A stretch of DNA of 64,000 nucleotides from assembly GCA_028023455.1 (NCBI GenBank), contig JAQFVV010000003.1, forward strand, positions 1,612,001-1,676,000, given 5' to 3'. Shown piece after piece: positions 24,300 through 36,830 of this stretch. The notes beneath the pieces were generated by a model, which ran no database searches, was not told the DNA's origin, and worked only from the letters and a program-made list of their open reading frames with translations. Positions within the stretch are counted from its first letter, which is position 1; each line of letters starts with the position of its first letter. The stretch comes from Epiperipatus broadwayi (lineage: Eukaryota; Animalia; Onychophora). The position numbers were made by a program, and so were the translations under genes.

Positions 24300-25447
24300 A
24301 TGTGACTTTGAGTTTTATAACTTTATAGAAAACAAACTGGAACAATATTCTAATATTAAATTTTTATTTTAAATTGAAAAAAAGTGAAAAGAATGAAACT
24401 ATATATGAAAGTGAAGCCAGAAATTTTTATTTTAAATTGAAAAAAAGTGAAAAGAATGAAACTATATATGAAAGTGAAGCCATGACTTACAAGAATGTAA
24501 ATGAATTTTGCAAGTTTTTGTGATGACAGAGAGAGTAATGAGGGTTTGGAAATGAAGAAAATATGCAAAAGTTTGCAAAAACTCTTTTAACTCATCACTG
24601 TGTGTCTGTCACATTTAATGAGAAACTCAATCACCTACCCAAAGGCATTCATTATTCATCACATTTTAATGAAAGATTTAAAAACAAAAGATGTACATGC
24701 ATTTTATATTGCAATTTTTGACAAATGACCAAAAAAATATCAAAGTGAAGCATTGCAAATATGTGTTAAGACAATAACTATATACCATGAATTCTTCTCA
24801 AATATCATAATCAGTGTTGAGATAAGATGTTTCTAATGTGAGTTATCAATAAAGTACTAGATTCCAAATTGAAAACTAACCAAAAAAGATAAACCAACAA
24901 GAAAACTGAATGTCAAAAAACCAATCAAATCATTGCTTACTGCTTTTTTTTAATTCTAAAGACATTACTCATCACAAACACACTTCTGATGATCAATCAT
25001 AACTTTTAAATTTCTGAGTGTTTAATCATTTGTGGACTATAACATTGTGCAAATGAATGAAATACCATACACAAGACTTTTAGTCATTGTTGCACAATAA
25101 TATGACCAGATCACAGTGTCAACATTGCACATGATTTTTTGGCCAAAAAGCATTGTTGTGCTTGAATATTCATTCTCTTTTTCTAATTTAGCTACTATTG
25201 ACTCCGTTTTGTCTATTTTCAGAATTAAACTGGCCATCATTAGGGTTCAATTCAAGATGTACAGAAATTTGTAACAAAATTTCTGCAGATAATTCCAGAG
25301 GAGAATTTTAAGAACAGCTTCAACCAGTTTTGCAATCATTTCCAGCAGATATTAATTTACAAAGAGATTATTTTGAATAATTAATAATAAAAACAAAACA
25401 TAAATGTCTTGTTTTATTTCACAGTAGTTTTTTACTAGGACATTTTG
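24300..25447 (+). mobile_element. Mariner (Tc1/mariner) transposase relic with internal 63-bp duplication
   Basis: Across frameshifts: LEQYSNIKF..KLKKS (start), LTNDQK, LLHNN..H..DFLAK..VVLE, IPEENFK, and terminal NLQRDYFE* (25351-25380); ends at TA/(TA)n; tandem duplication 24358-24482. Confidence 0.8.
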
Positions 25448-25466
25448 TATATATATATATCATTAA

Positions 25467-26970
25467 CTCTTTGTGCGATCAATTTGTTTAAAAGTGAAGT
25501 GGCTTGATGTCACTCTAAATCAGTCACTTTTACTACAGTTATGATTTTGTGCTTGTTTTAAAGAAATTCTTAGACTGTTTTTTACGAGGCTCCTCGTCGA
25601 CATCTGACATCACTCTAACTCAGCCAGTTTTTATACGAAAATATACGTTAAACACGTATTGAATTCGTTTTTAAAAGTTCTGTATGATGGTGCCATCTTC
25701 CGATTTATTTTACAAGTAAAAAATAGAAAAAAACGCATTTAAACCTAAACAAAGAAGGAACATTATTTGTGATTGGTTCTTAGCAAGCTCTCAGCCGAAA
25801 AAGACATTCTGATTGGCTGGAAAGAACAGAGAAACCGCCTGATCAAAGAAAATAAAGAAAAACGCTGAGATTTTCATTTCGAATCCAATTTTAAGTATTA
25901 TAAAATTATATTTATGGAAACTAAAAATGATTCTCAGACAGAATAATAAAAAAACAAAATTATTTTCGAAAAATATTGAAGATTTTAGTACAAATATTGA
26001 AGATGTAGTAAAAAGAAATATTTACTTTTCTATAACGTAAAAGTCGATCTTTTTGTTTATATTATAGCTTTTATGTTGCTGATATTGAATATTTTAGAAT
26101 AAATAAATAGCAATTTATTTTTGAAAGAACTTTCGTTCTCTTCACAACTTGAAAAAATTAATAATATACTTTTTATAAACGTATCTGAGTTGAATTTAAT
26201 ATTATAGGCGAATATGTTTTAACAATAGGCTTTGTCTTCAGTTTGTGAGTTGGCCAATTACAAGCTTTGATTTTTACCTCATACAACCAATGATTTAATT
26301 AGCAGTTAAAAGGTTAAAGAGTAAAAAAGTTCTGTAAGATGCTGCCCTCTCTTGAATTATTTTACAAGTAAAAAATCAATAAAAATGACCTTATATGTCA
26401 AACAAAGAAAAAAGTAACACTTCTTAAATCTGATTAGCTAATAAATGTTGACAACAAAGAAAATGACTGCCAAAAAGTAAAATCTTACAATTTGTTTTTA
26501 TTTTATTTTGAAAATGATAAACGAATGTTTTAGACCATTTTAACAGTATTTTTTGACAAATTATACATTATTTTGATAAAATATGCTAAAAATAAAATTA
26601 TTTTGGAAAAATAGTTAAGATTTTTAACAAAAACTATTTGCTTTTTTCTACAACTAAACTTGGCAAAGAAAATCACATCATTAGCAAATCATTTTGATTG
26701 GTGAGTAAGATTTTGTTTTAGATTTTCTGCTCATGAAAATTTATATATTTATGTAATAACAATTTATTTTTGAAAAAACTTTCGTTCATTTTCGTAACCT
26801 GACAAATTATTAATATACTTTTTACAAACAAAACTAAATTGAATATAATATTAAAATATGAATATATTTTGATGTTTGAGTTTGTGAATTGCCAATTGAC
26901 TTTAATTTGACCAATTAAAAGTTTTGAGTTTTACCTCATTCAGTCAATAAAATAATCAGCGATTAAAGAG
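25467..26970. mobile_element. piggyBac-like (TTAA) non-autonomous element: one full unit (25467-26313) plus a diverged truncated unit (~26325-26970)
   Basis: TTAA at 25463-66, 26314-17 and 26971-74; termini CTCTTT/AAAGG/AAAGAG; unit 2 repeats 25672-26313; no transposase ORF. Confidence 0.7.
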
Positions 26971-27740
26971 TTAAAAGCCAATCAATGCTTAGACAATTTC
27001 AATATTAACAATCAACTATTTCAAACTGTTGTCAGGGTAACCTCCTTTTAACAGTAAAGATGGACCTTTATTAATGATCCAATATATTTATATAGACACT
27101 AAAGATTGTAACTTGATCACTGAGATTGAAATTATTGATACAAAGAAGTTTAATAAATCTCCTTAAACAGGTAAGTATAATCTGCTCTGAATGCAGACTA
27201 ATAAATAGTCAATAATAATAATAATTATTAAAATTGTTAAATTGCACTCAAAGTATTATTTAAATAATAAGTGTAATAATTATCAAGGCTAAATGGGTAT
27301 ATAAGTAATCATTAAAAGCCAGTCAATTCTTAGACAGTCCTAATATCATTAACAATCAACAATTTCAAACTGTTATCAAGGAAATCTCATTTTAACAATA
27401 AATGTGGAATCCCACCTTTATTAATGATTCAGTATATTTATGTAGACACTAAAGATTGCAACTTGGCCAATTTGAAAATTATAATTGCAGTTTGTAATAT
27501 TATAATTGACTATTTATTAGTCTGCATTTAGAACAGGTTATATTTATCTGTTTAAAAAGATTTATTTAAACTTTTTTGTATCAATAATTTCAATCTCTGT
27601 GGTCAAGTTGCAATCTTCAGTGTCTTACAAATATATCAGACCATTAATAAAGGTGGGATTTCACCTTTATTATTAAAAGGAGGTAGCCTTGACAACAGTT
27701 TGAAATTACTGATTGTTATTGATATTGATATTATCTAGAT
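26971..27740. mobile_element. Foldback element with ~250-bp inverted arms and an extra direct copy of one arm segment
   Basis: A(26971-27120) B(27121-27220) spacer A'(27312-27470) rcB(~27497-27600) rcA(~27600-27740). Confidence 0.8.
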
Positions 27741-27772
27741 ATTGATTGTCTTTAATATATATATATATATAT

Positions 27773-29145
27773 TGTAAGAGTATATATATTGAACCGTTTT
27801 CGAGTATGTACATTCGAAACACCAGTCTCTTAGGCAGAGAAGAACATACTCGGAAAGTATGTATGCCCAAATGATAGCTATAAAGTATATAACTAACGTT
27901 ACATTTTCAGGACATAGCTTCTTCTCAGCTGTTGAGTTGAACACCACATCCAAAGCACTTTTTTGTTTGTGTATAACCATGGGCGCCAGCTGCTTATTCT
28001 AAAAGAATACTAAAAGAATAGACAATGCACTTTGAACAGTGACCACTAACTCAATGCCTAAATCCATGACTAGTTCAGTTGTTTGTAGTCACTAACAGAT
28101 TATATCTAATTAGTGCTTAAAAGACTTGATAAAGGAATTGTAAAAGGAATTTATAAAAGAGATTGATAAAAAGAATTGACCGACAAATAAAGTTTAATTT
28201 TAAAGATAATTTATTAACTAACATTTATTTACTAAATTTAAACATTTTATAATTCTAATAAAACACACGCATATTTTAAATTAACATTTCTAAATGGTTT
28301 AAATATTCCTATAGATTTAACAACAGAACACTCTAATTTAACTAATAAATATTGATATAATGATCACGCACATATTAACTGATGTCCACACATAATAATA
28401 ATAAAGTATTACATAGCATTTGGAATTTAATCACACATATCAATAGTTCATTTATGTATGATATAAAGTTCATATAATTAGACTCTTGAAAGATTCGTAT
28501 GAATTAATGCAATGCAATGGCTATTACAGTATAAACGAAATAAGCAAATGTTTTACCTAGGCTTTTGTATGTAGACGTAGAATTTTGTTCTCTTTGGTGG
28601 CTGCTTTTGGTGAGGATATTTCCATTATGAATGCTTACCAGCTGGCTGGAACTTTTCCTTGATGAGTTTCCTGATTTTCACGATTATTACTATTGGAGAC
28701 AATTAAATACTGACAGAGATTTTTTTAAGATGTTAAGCTGACATTATTTCACGGGCAGATCTGCTGTTTTCATAGGACATCTGGGCTGGAGATAAACGTG
28801 CGTTCCCAAAATCTTCTCAACACTGCATTTTGTTTCTTAACTGACTCAATTAATTTCTGAACTGCACTCACTCAGTAAATTTGTGAACTGAACACTGTCT
28901 GATAAAAAAAAGTCTATTTATATCTGCGACGTGTTGTCTTCGTAATATCTCCTGCAAAGATCTGTTGTCAAATTCCAGTGATAATCATTTGATAAACGTG
29001 TTTTGAAAGATTGCTTAATTAGTAATAGCCATGCAAAAATGTTGTTTGATATTAATTAATAACCATTGCCATGTTTTTTAATGATAATCTCCTTTAACTT
29101 TCATTTATTTATAATAACATTTATTCTATTGTTGACACTCGCACA
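27773..29145 (-). mobile_element. LTR-like relic with tRNA-Lys-type PBS motif
   Basis: Minus TGGCGCCC at 27988-27981; TATAAATAG on minus at ~28915-28923; TGT directly after (TA)n at 27773; right boundary uncertain. Confidence 0.4.
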
Positions 29146-30364
29146 TATATACGCACATATATTAGTTTTAACATTATTTTTTCTTGAATGAGATGAGATT
29201 GGTATGTTTTTCTTTAATGAAAGATTATTTTAATAATATAATTTTAGATAAAATTATATGTGCCTATATCAATATAGGTACAATATACTCATACATACAT
29301 GTAATCAATATGTATACATTATATTTGCATTATTATTATATTTATGAAAATAAATATATAACTTGTTAAGTTAGTATTTTTCATTCTTTAAAATGAAAAA
29401 AAGATGTTGACAAAAGGTGGTTGACAAGGTTATAAATGACCTTTGGGTTCACATAGTTTATCCAATTAAAGGAAATGAAATTAACTTAGTGTTTTAATAT
29501 CGAATTGTTATTGCAACAATGTAGAATGCGTATGCTTCAGCAAACTGATGAAGCGAGTTATAATATATTAATTCTATTCTTTTTATTAGAAGACTAAGGA
29601 TTCTATTTTTGTCAGCTATATCTTCATAAAAACTTATACCATATTTGATTTCAAAGAACAGTGTAAGATAAAGTCTATATTTTGATCAATTTAATACTCA
29701 TTAAAAGAAATTTCTAATATTTGTTTAAAGAAAGTAATCTGAATATATTTTCGTGTTCTATAAAAATTGTTTGAATTACATGTTCTAAAATCTAAACTGC
29801 ATTTTAAAAAAAGAACATGTTTATAAAAACTTCAATTAAATTTAATGTACTTTACATTATAAAAAAAATGCAAAGCAGGTAGAACACCAATTTATCATGG
29901 GATAGATAAAATGCACTTACCTAATCAAACATATATGTGTGAATAACATCTTTTGCTGAATGCCTTAAATATATAAAAATTAGATCTTCAAAATGGAATT
30001 ATAATTGTTAATAAATGAACTGTGTCTTAAGAAGATAAAATCTACGTATAAAAAGGAAACTAAATATCAACTTAGGATATCATAATATTTTTTTTAATGT
30101 CTAACAATGAAGGAATCAAAAATTGCATCTTCGAATGATTTTCATTCACGAGGAACATCTGAGATTATTGTATTAACTTTTATAAATACCATTTAAGATT
30201 TTTGAAAATTATAATTGGAAAAAGTTAATTTCATTAACTTTATCATCGTATTCATTTTTATGAATAATAAGAGAGAATTAATAATTTAAAATATTTTTAT
30301 TTTTATTCATGATTAATAAAGATTTTAATATAAGTTAAGAAATGTTAATATGGGAAAGGGATAA

Positions 30365-31085
30365 TGTGAACTTGGAGGTAAGAGATTAAATTATTTTTAA
30401 ATCCACATATTATTATTTTCTATGACATGACACTACATTGTTTATACTAATCCAAATAGTCTAATAACAGTAATGTATAAGTAAATAAATGATTAACATT
30501 GTTGTGAAGTATATATTTTTATATTAATAAATATAAGTTACTGACAATCATTTTAACAATGAAGGTATTATATACAAATGATTGGATTATTATTTGTATA
30601 ATCTAATTATTGTAAAATAGTGTTAATATAAAAGACTTAATATTTGAATACTTATATTTTATATACATTGTAAAATCACATATTGTTATAGGTTAGAAAA
30701 TATATCTACCATAAGTAAATAGAATATTTATATTTTTAATATAAGGAGGTAGATATACAAATAATTTTTTATATATTGTAAAATGTAAATTATTTAATTG
30801 TTAAATAAATAATTATGTTTTTTATATCAAATTAAATGAAGTCTTCAATTTTGTTTTATTTAATTTAAAGAGTTAATGAGATTCATTGCTAATATTACTT
30901 TAGAATATTGATAGGAACCCCTGAAGAGAGTAAATTGTTAAACTTCCCTGAGTTCGAAATCAGAGCATAACGGTAAAGTAATTAAGGTGAAAATTGATTT
31001 GATGTGGTTTAGATATAATAATTTTTTTAAAATAATAAATTAGTTATTGGGAACAAATATAGTTTTATATCAAAATTAAATCACA
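30365..31085 (+). repeat. Candidate LTR, 721 bp
   Basis: Termini TGTGA...TCACA; upstream polypurine tract; downstream PBS-like TGG; TATAAG ~30740 and AATAAA ~31034. Confidence 0.55.
30908..30963 (+). ncRNA. Candidate type III hammerhead ribozyme
   Basis: TTGA-TA-GG(AAC)CC-CTGAAGA-GAGT..GTTC-GAAA-TCAG; core nucleotides intact, stem III 5 bp, stems I and II weak. Confidence 0.45.
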
Positions 31086-31258
31086 TCATTCGTGGCATCC
31101 TATATGAAGACCTTAAATCTGACTATAACTGCCTTAACTTATCTTGTTGAGGGAGTGCATACCGTTACATATGGTGCACACAACTAGGGCCTTGAATCAT
31201 ATATTCCATATCATTATTATATTGAATCATAGATTTTATATTGTTTGTATAGCGATAC

Positions 31259-31434
31259 AAAACATTGAGGGATAAATATTATTAATAATATTCTCATATT
31301 AAATGTATTGTAAAATAGTAGATAATAAAATAATGGAGACTTTGAAAACATTGAGGGATAAATATTATTAATAATAATATCATATTAAATGTAATGTAAA
31401 ATAGTAGATAATAAAATAATGGAGACTTTGAAAA
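31259..31434. repeat. ~87-bp tandem duplication
   Basis: AACATTGAGGGATAAATATTATTAATAATA..GTAAAATAGTAGATAATAAAATAATGGAGACTTTGAAAA occurs twice. Confidence 0.9.
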
Positions 31435-31610
31435 TTAAATAATTAAAATTTAAATGAATAGATCACTCGCTTAAAAATATAATTTTAAAATTAGGCATTA
31501 GAATAAGAACACATATATATCTTGAAAAGAGAAAGGCATCACATTAATATCCTATGATAAATAATATATTATCATATAAATAAAGTTATAGTTAAGATAA
31601 AGTTAGTTTT

Positions 31611-32204
31611 ATGATTACAAAAAATAAATATAAAATATTTTCTTCTAATACTGATAATAATATAGAAATTCAAACTGAGGTACTTAGTTCAAATATAGCT
31701 GATGATACTATGAATAGTACCAGTGAACAAATAGATATAGGTGTGTCTGAGAGTAATTCTATATTAGATACTCATGTTCCAGAAATTATGGATATTATTG
31801 ACAAACCTATAGAAAGTAAAACCAGTGATAATCCATCATTAAGTCAAATGATGTTAATGATGCAGCAAATGATGAAGAATTTAAATACAAACGTAGATAC
31901 CAAAATGGAAAATAAGCATACTCAGATGAAAAATCTGACAGTAGATTTGTCTACAAATATCGATACCAAGATGGAAAGTGTGAAAGTAGATTTGTCTACA
32001 AATATCGATACCAAGATGGAAAGTATAAATACTAAAATGGAAAGTATGAAAGTAGATATTACAAATGAATTATCTATAAAATTAGATAATATAAAAAGAG
32101 ATTTGAAGGATGAGGTATCACAAATACAAACAAATATGAATAATGAAATTCAAAAAATTCAAAAGGTTATTGAAGAAACAGATCTTAAGTGTCAAAAAAG
32201 ATAA
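31611..32204 (+). CDS. Gag-like coiled-coil ORF of the LTR element, 197 aa, probably truncated
   Basis: Open 197-aa ORF in AT-rich DNA with MMLMMQQMM and VDLSTNIDTKMES repeats; lies downstream of LTR/PBS; the gag assignment is inference. Confidence 0.5.
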   Translation: MITKNKYKIFSSNTDNNIEIQTEVLSSNIADDTMNSTSEQIDIGVSESNSILDTHVPEIMDIIDKPIESKTSDNPSLSQMMLMMQQMMKNLNTNVDTKMENKHTQMKNLTVDLSTNIDTKMESVKVDLSTNIDTKMESINTKMESMKVDITNELSIKLDNIKRDLKDEVSQIQTNMNNEIQKIQKVIEETDLKCQKR

Positions 32205-32262
32205 TTTCTTAGTAACATCAAAAGTTAAAGTGTTTTTCTATTTAATGGATATTATCTCCTCA

Positions 32263-32545
<283 letters not shown>

Positions 32546-34727
32546 CTAATTGATACATCAATGTGTGACTTGAATTAATAGAATATGAGAGTCTGTACAT
32601 TAATTAATGCAAAATAAATAGATAGTTTGAAGTGAGACTTAAAATTGGCACAAAATATAAATGACATAAAAATAATATATAATAATAATAATAATAACTA
32701 ATTAACAAGGGCAATAAAGTTGGTTAGTTAGTGGGCTGATAAAAAACACAAATGAAAAAAAGTTAATGGGTAAATGTGTGGTAAGGCTGATACACTTTTT
32801 AATAAAAATAAGAATGTTAAAATAGAAAAATATAAAACTAATAATAATGGATGGATATCTTAATGTTATCAAAATGAAATAGTTAAGATTAATAAGATTT
32901 AGAGTAATAAAATTGATGCAAGCAGAAAAAATGGAAAAAGATGAAATAGAAAATGAAACCTTATCACTTGTAATATAATTATGTGTGCTTATAAACGATG
33001 ATGAGTATTAATCTAATAGTTGTGTTGGTTTTAATTTATAGACATTGAAATGCTGTAAGTAAAATTTAATTAATATAAATATAAGTCAAGCATATTTTGA
33101 TTTGTGATTAATGATGATGAATGTGTTACAACTAAAAAAAGGAATTTTATTGAAACTGATCCTATGAGTTATGGTTCAAAAATATCCTATATCTTAGTTA
33201 ATAATACTTTAATGAAGAATATTTAAATACTCTATTTATACTATTCAAGATAAATATATGCAAAACATATATAGAAAATACTGGTTTAATACTTTAACAG
33301 CATGGTATTGATAATATTATAAGATATATCTCTATAATATATTATAAACATAATTAGTTAAGTTAATGTTTTATTCATTAACCAATCTGATATGGGATAT
33401 AAAGAGTTTATAAATGTTTATTGTAATAATCATGTAGAGAGTTTTACAGAGAAGGAAAATTATAATTAAATACAAATATCTCTGTAAAATTATGTGTAAA
33501 ATATATTTGATAATATCTTGACTTCTATAATGGCAACCAGAGTACAACACAAACTTTCATATTGCACTATTTGCTATTTTCCAACTATTTCAATAAACAC
33601 CTCATATTAATACCATTTGTGACTGTGAAATTGCAGAAAATGTTGAGGCAATTCCAGGTAATAAATTATTTTAAAATAATAAATCCATCCATGATACCAT
33701 TAGATGCACACTCCTGCATCAGATTACAGAATTTGCCAGAGTCATAGAAATTTAGGAATAGATTACCCCAGACACTTCCTATATGATTTTTATTCAATTC
33801 CTGGAAAATTTTAGCATTTAAAACATGTCAATGCAAAATAAGATGTCAAAATTATGTTGTTGATAAGGCATAAGCCATTGTGCTTTAGATGCAATAAAAT
33901 GAGATATTAAACTATACAAGTAATGTGTTCCAAATGTTTCCATTTTTATAGAAATGATCAACATTATTTAGAAAAAATGTAGACAATTTGAGCACAAATC
34001 TTTCCTCACCAATTTCAGATTTTCTCCAAAAAAATATCAACATAATAAAGTATTTGTAACAAAAATATAATGGCTTTTTATTCTAGTATAGAATCTATCA
34101 TAGAAATAAGTTAAAATTGATGTAAACAGTCTTTTACTTATAAAATAAAACTCTTTCCTAGTTTTTGAAATTAATTCAATTTTACATAACTCAGATTTAC
34201 TCATCAAATGTTTGCTTATTAATAGAAATTTACAAAATATGAATATATGTTTAGCAAATAATATAAGCCCATAGTACATCACAAAAATGTTTATATAGCA
34301 TGTCATATCCATGAAGTGAGTGCTATGCTGACTTGAAATCATGTTTTGTTTTTATTTTTGCATTTTATATGTATTTGGAATTGTTTATTGAGGTCTATGT
34401 ATATTTAGATTAAATTTTTGTAGATAAAATATAGTCTGTATTAAAAACAATGATTTGATTTTTTAAAAGGCTGATAAAAATATTTTGGTGTACATTCTTA
34501 AAACACTCAGAAGGAAACTGCAAAAAACATAAAAAGAAAATAACACAATTGTTAGTTAAATAATTCAAATTACAAGAGAAATTCCACATCTAGAACTTTC
34601 TAACTACAGAAATAGAGAAATTGATGATCATATAAATGAAACATAATATCATTTAATGACATATTGATCTCAAATGATAGTAACAATAAAAAAACATACT
34701 ATCAAGTCATTGTTGAGAGTACATATA

Positions 34728-34826
34728 ATATCTGACTAGACTCATAACTATATCATAAACAAGACAACATTAATAATATCTGACTAGATTCTAGACTCAT
34801 AACTCTATCATAAACAAAATAACATT
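34728..34826. repeat. ~50-bp tandem duplication
   Basis: AATATCTGACTAGA..CTCATAACT.TATCATAAACAA occurs twice. Confidence 0.85.
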
Positions 34827-35026
34827 GTTATATATATATATATATCACATCTACTTACATCTTTGTTTTTATTTGAAATAAATAAATTTAAAAAATATTT
34901 AAAAAAACTTGTAGACTATCCAAAGATTTTAAATCATAAAGCAGCAAAGTTTTAGAGTTAGTACCCAAACTTTGTGTGCCGTGTATCATTAATAACAATA
35001 TATATATATATATATTATATATTAAT

Positions 35027-35038
35027 GAATATTTAAAG

Positions 35039-35072
<34 letters not shown>

Positions 35073-35084
35073 CTTTAAATATTC
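35027..35084. repeat. Perfect 58-bp palindrome centred on (TA)n
   Basis: GAATATTTAAAGTAT-(TA)n-ATACTTTAAATATTC. Confidence 0.95.
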
Positions 35085-36599
35085 TTTAAAGTAAATGAAA
35101 CAATGAATACTAGCATGAGATTATCATAATTAAGTATTACCTAACTTATTTCAGTATAAATTTCCACAGCTATAATATCAATATATTTATGAAGTATATT
35201 GTTATATGTTGAAATTTAAAAATTATTTTAAAAATAATTTTTTAATTAAAAAAATGATTATAATTTTTCCCCATTGTGAGTATAAAATATGTGAAAATAA
35301 GATCAAAACGCTTTTTTTTTGTAAATAAATTAAATAATTCTTTATTCAACGTGGAGAAAAATTTCACACAAAAAAAACCCTTCAATTACAAAACAAAAAG
35401 AATTCTTCTAGTTGTTCAATAATATTTTATATATGTCATATCAAACAAATCATCTTCATTCAATGTGTCAAAAAAGAACATAAAACTATTATCAATATCA
35501 TCATTAGCAACAGGAGCTACTCACAAATTAATTCCTCAATTTGAATTTCAAGGGGAAAAAAATACAGAAAAACATAGTAGTAGTAGGAGTAACAGAAGCA
35601 GCAGTAGTAATAGTAGTGGTAATATGCTAGATAATACAAAATACAAATACATCCACATATAGAACATGCATTGTCTAGTTAATCTGATATTTTGTTAAAC
35701 TGTTTTTTTAACTTTTATAATCTTTTATTTCTGGAAAACTTTAACAGTTTATCTAATTGTAGATCCACATTGTTTTCCATATTCAACCATATTTTCCCAA
35801 TGAAAACAAACACTATAGTAGTTTTTAGGGTCTTTGAGATAATTTTTATATCACATTATCAGTATAGATAACATAATTAAAATCAGAAAAAATCAGGAAC
35901 AATATAATTATTGATTTATTTTTCAATAGATTGAATGCATTTATTCTAAATAGATATTTATAAAAGATTGAAATAAAAATTAAAAATAATTTTATGATTA
36001 GTTGCTCTGACGACATATGATATTTGATTGCCCAATTGACAAGTTGAAAACAACTGAGATTTTTTTTATTCAGTCTAATCAGCTGAAAGTAACTCTGAAC
36101 ATATAGTTCTGAGTCTAATATCTTATTATTTATTACCTTAAACAGAACAGGATAAAAATATATTCATAGGATTAATTGCTTAGAAGACATAAAAAATGAA
36201 CAGTAGAATAACATGTTCAACACAACAGTTTCATCTAAATAATATCTTATTTTTCATTATTCAGATAATTATTGATCTAGGAGCTTCTAACTATTGAGCT
36301 CATCACTCTATTATTATTATACTATAATGGACAAAGGACCTATAGATGCCTATCTTTTATCACACCATTGGTGAAAATTGCATTATATTGCAAACATGGC
36401 ATATGATTTTTCTACATACTAATTTAGAAGTCATTCGTTTAATTCAGGTTAATCTGACATTTACTTTACTCTTTCAATAATAAGTTATATTGATCAATTA
36501 GCTGAAGTCTGGCTACTTAAATTAAAATTTAAACTTATCTTTGAAATTACTTATAGAAAAACTTCAGTTTTCAACTCTTAAGTGCTGAGAACGACAGAC

Positions 36600-36830
36600 T
36601 AATATTCTAATCACTGCACAGAAAAACATTCCACCTTATGTTGGGTACATAAAAGAGTATCCTGTTTCACATACTGCAGCTGTCAGAATTAAGGGCACAA
36701 AAGTTAAAGATTCCTGATTAACAGCAAATTAAAACAGAAATGAACTCTGTGTAGCCAATTCAATAAAACTGTCTTGCTTAATGTGCCATTTCTCAAACAT
36801 CATATAACCTCCCAAGCAACTAATTATAAG
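36600..36830 (+). mobile_element. CR1-like LINE 3' fragment
   Basis: AGAATTAAGGGCACAAAAGTTA (TRGH..KL-like) then CATTTCTCAAAC..AACCTCCC (FFS.R...WN.LP-like). Confidence 0.35.
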
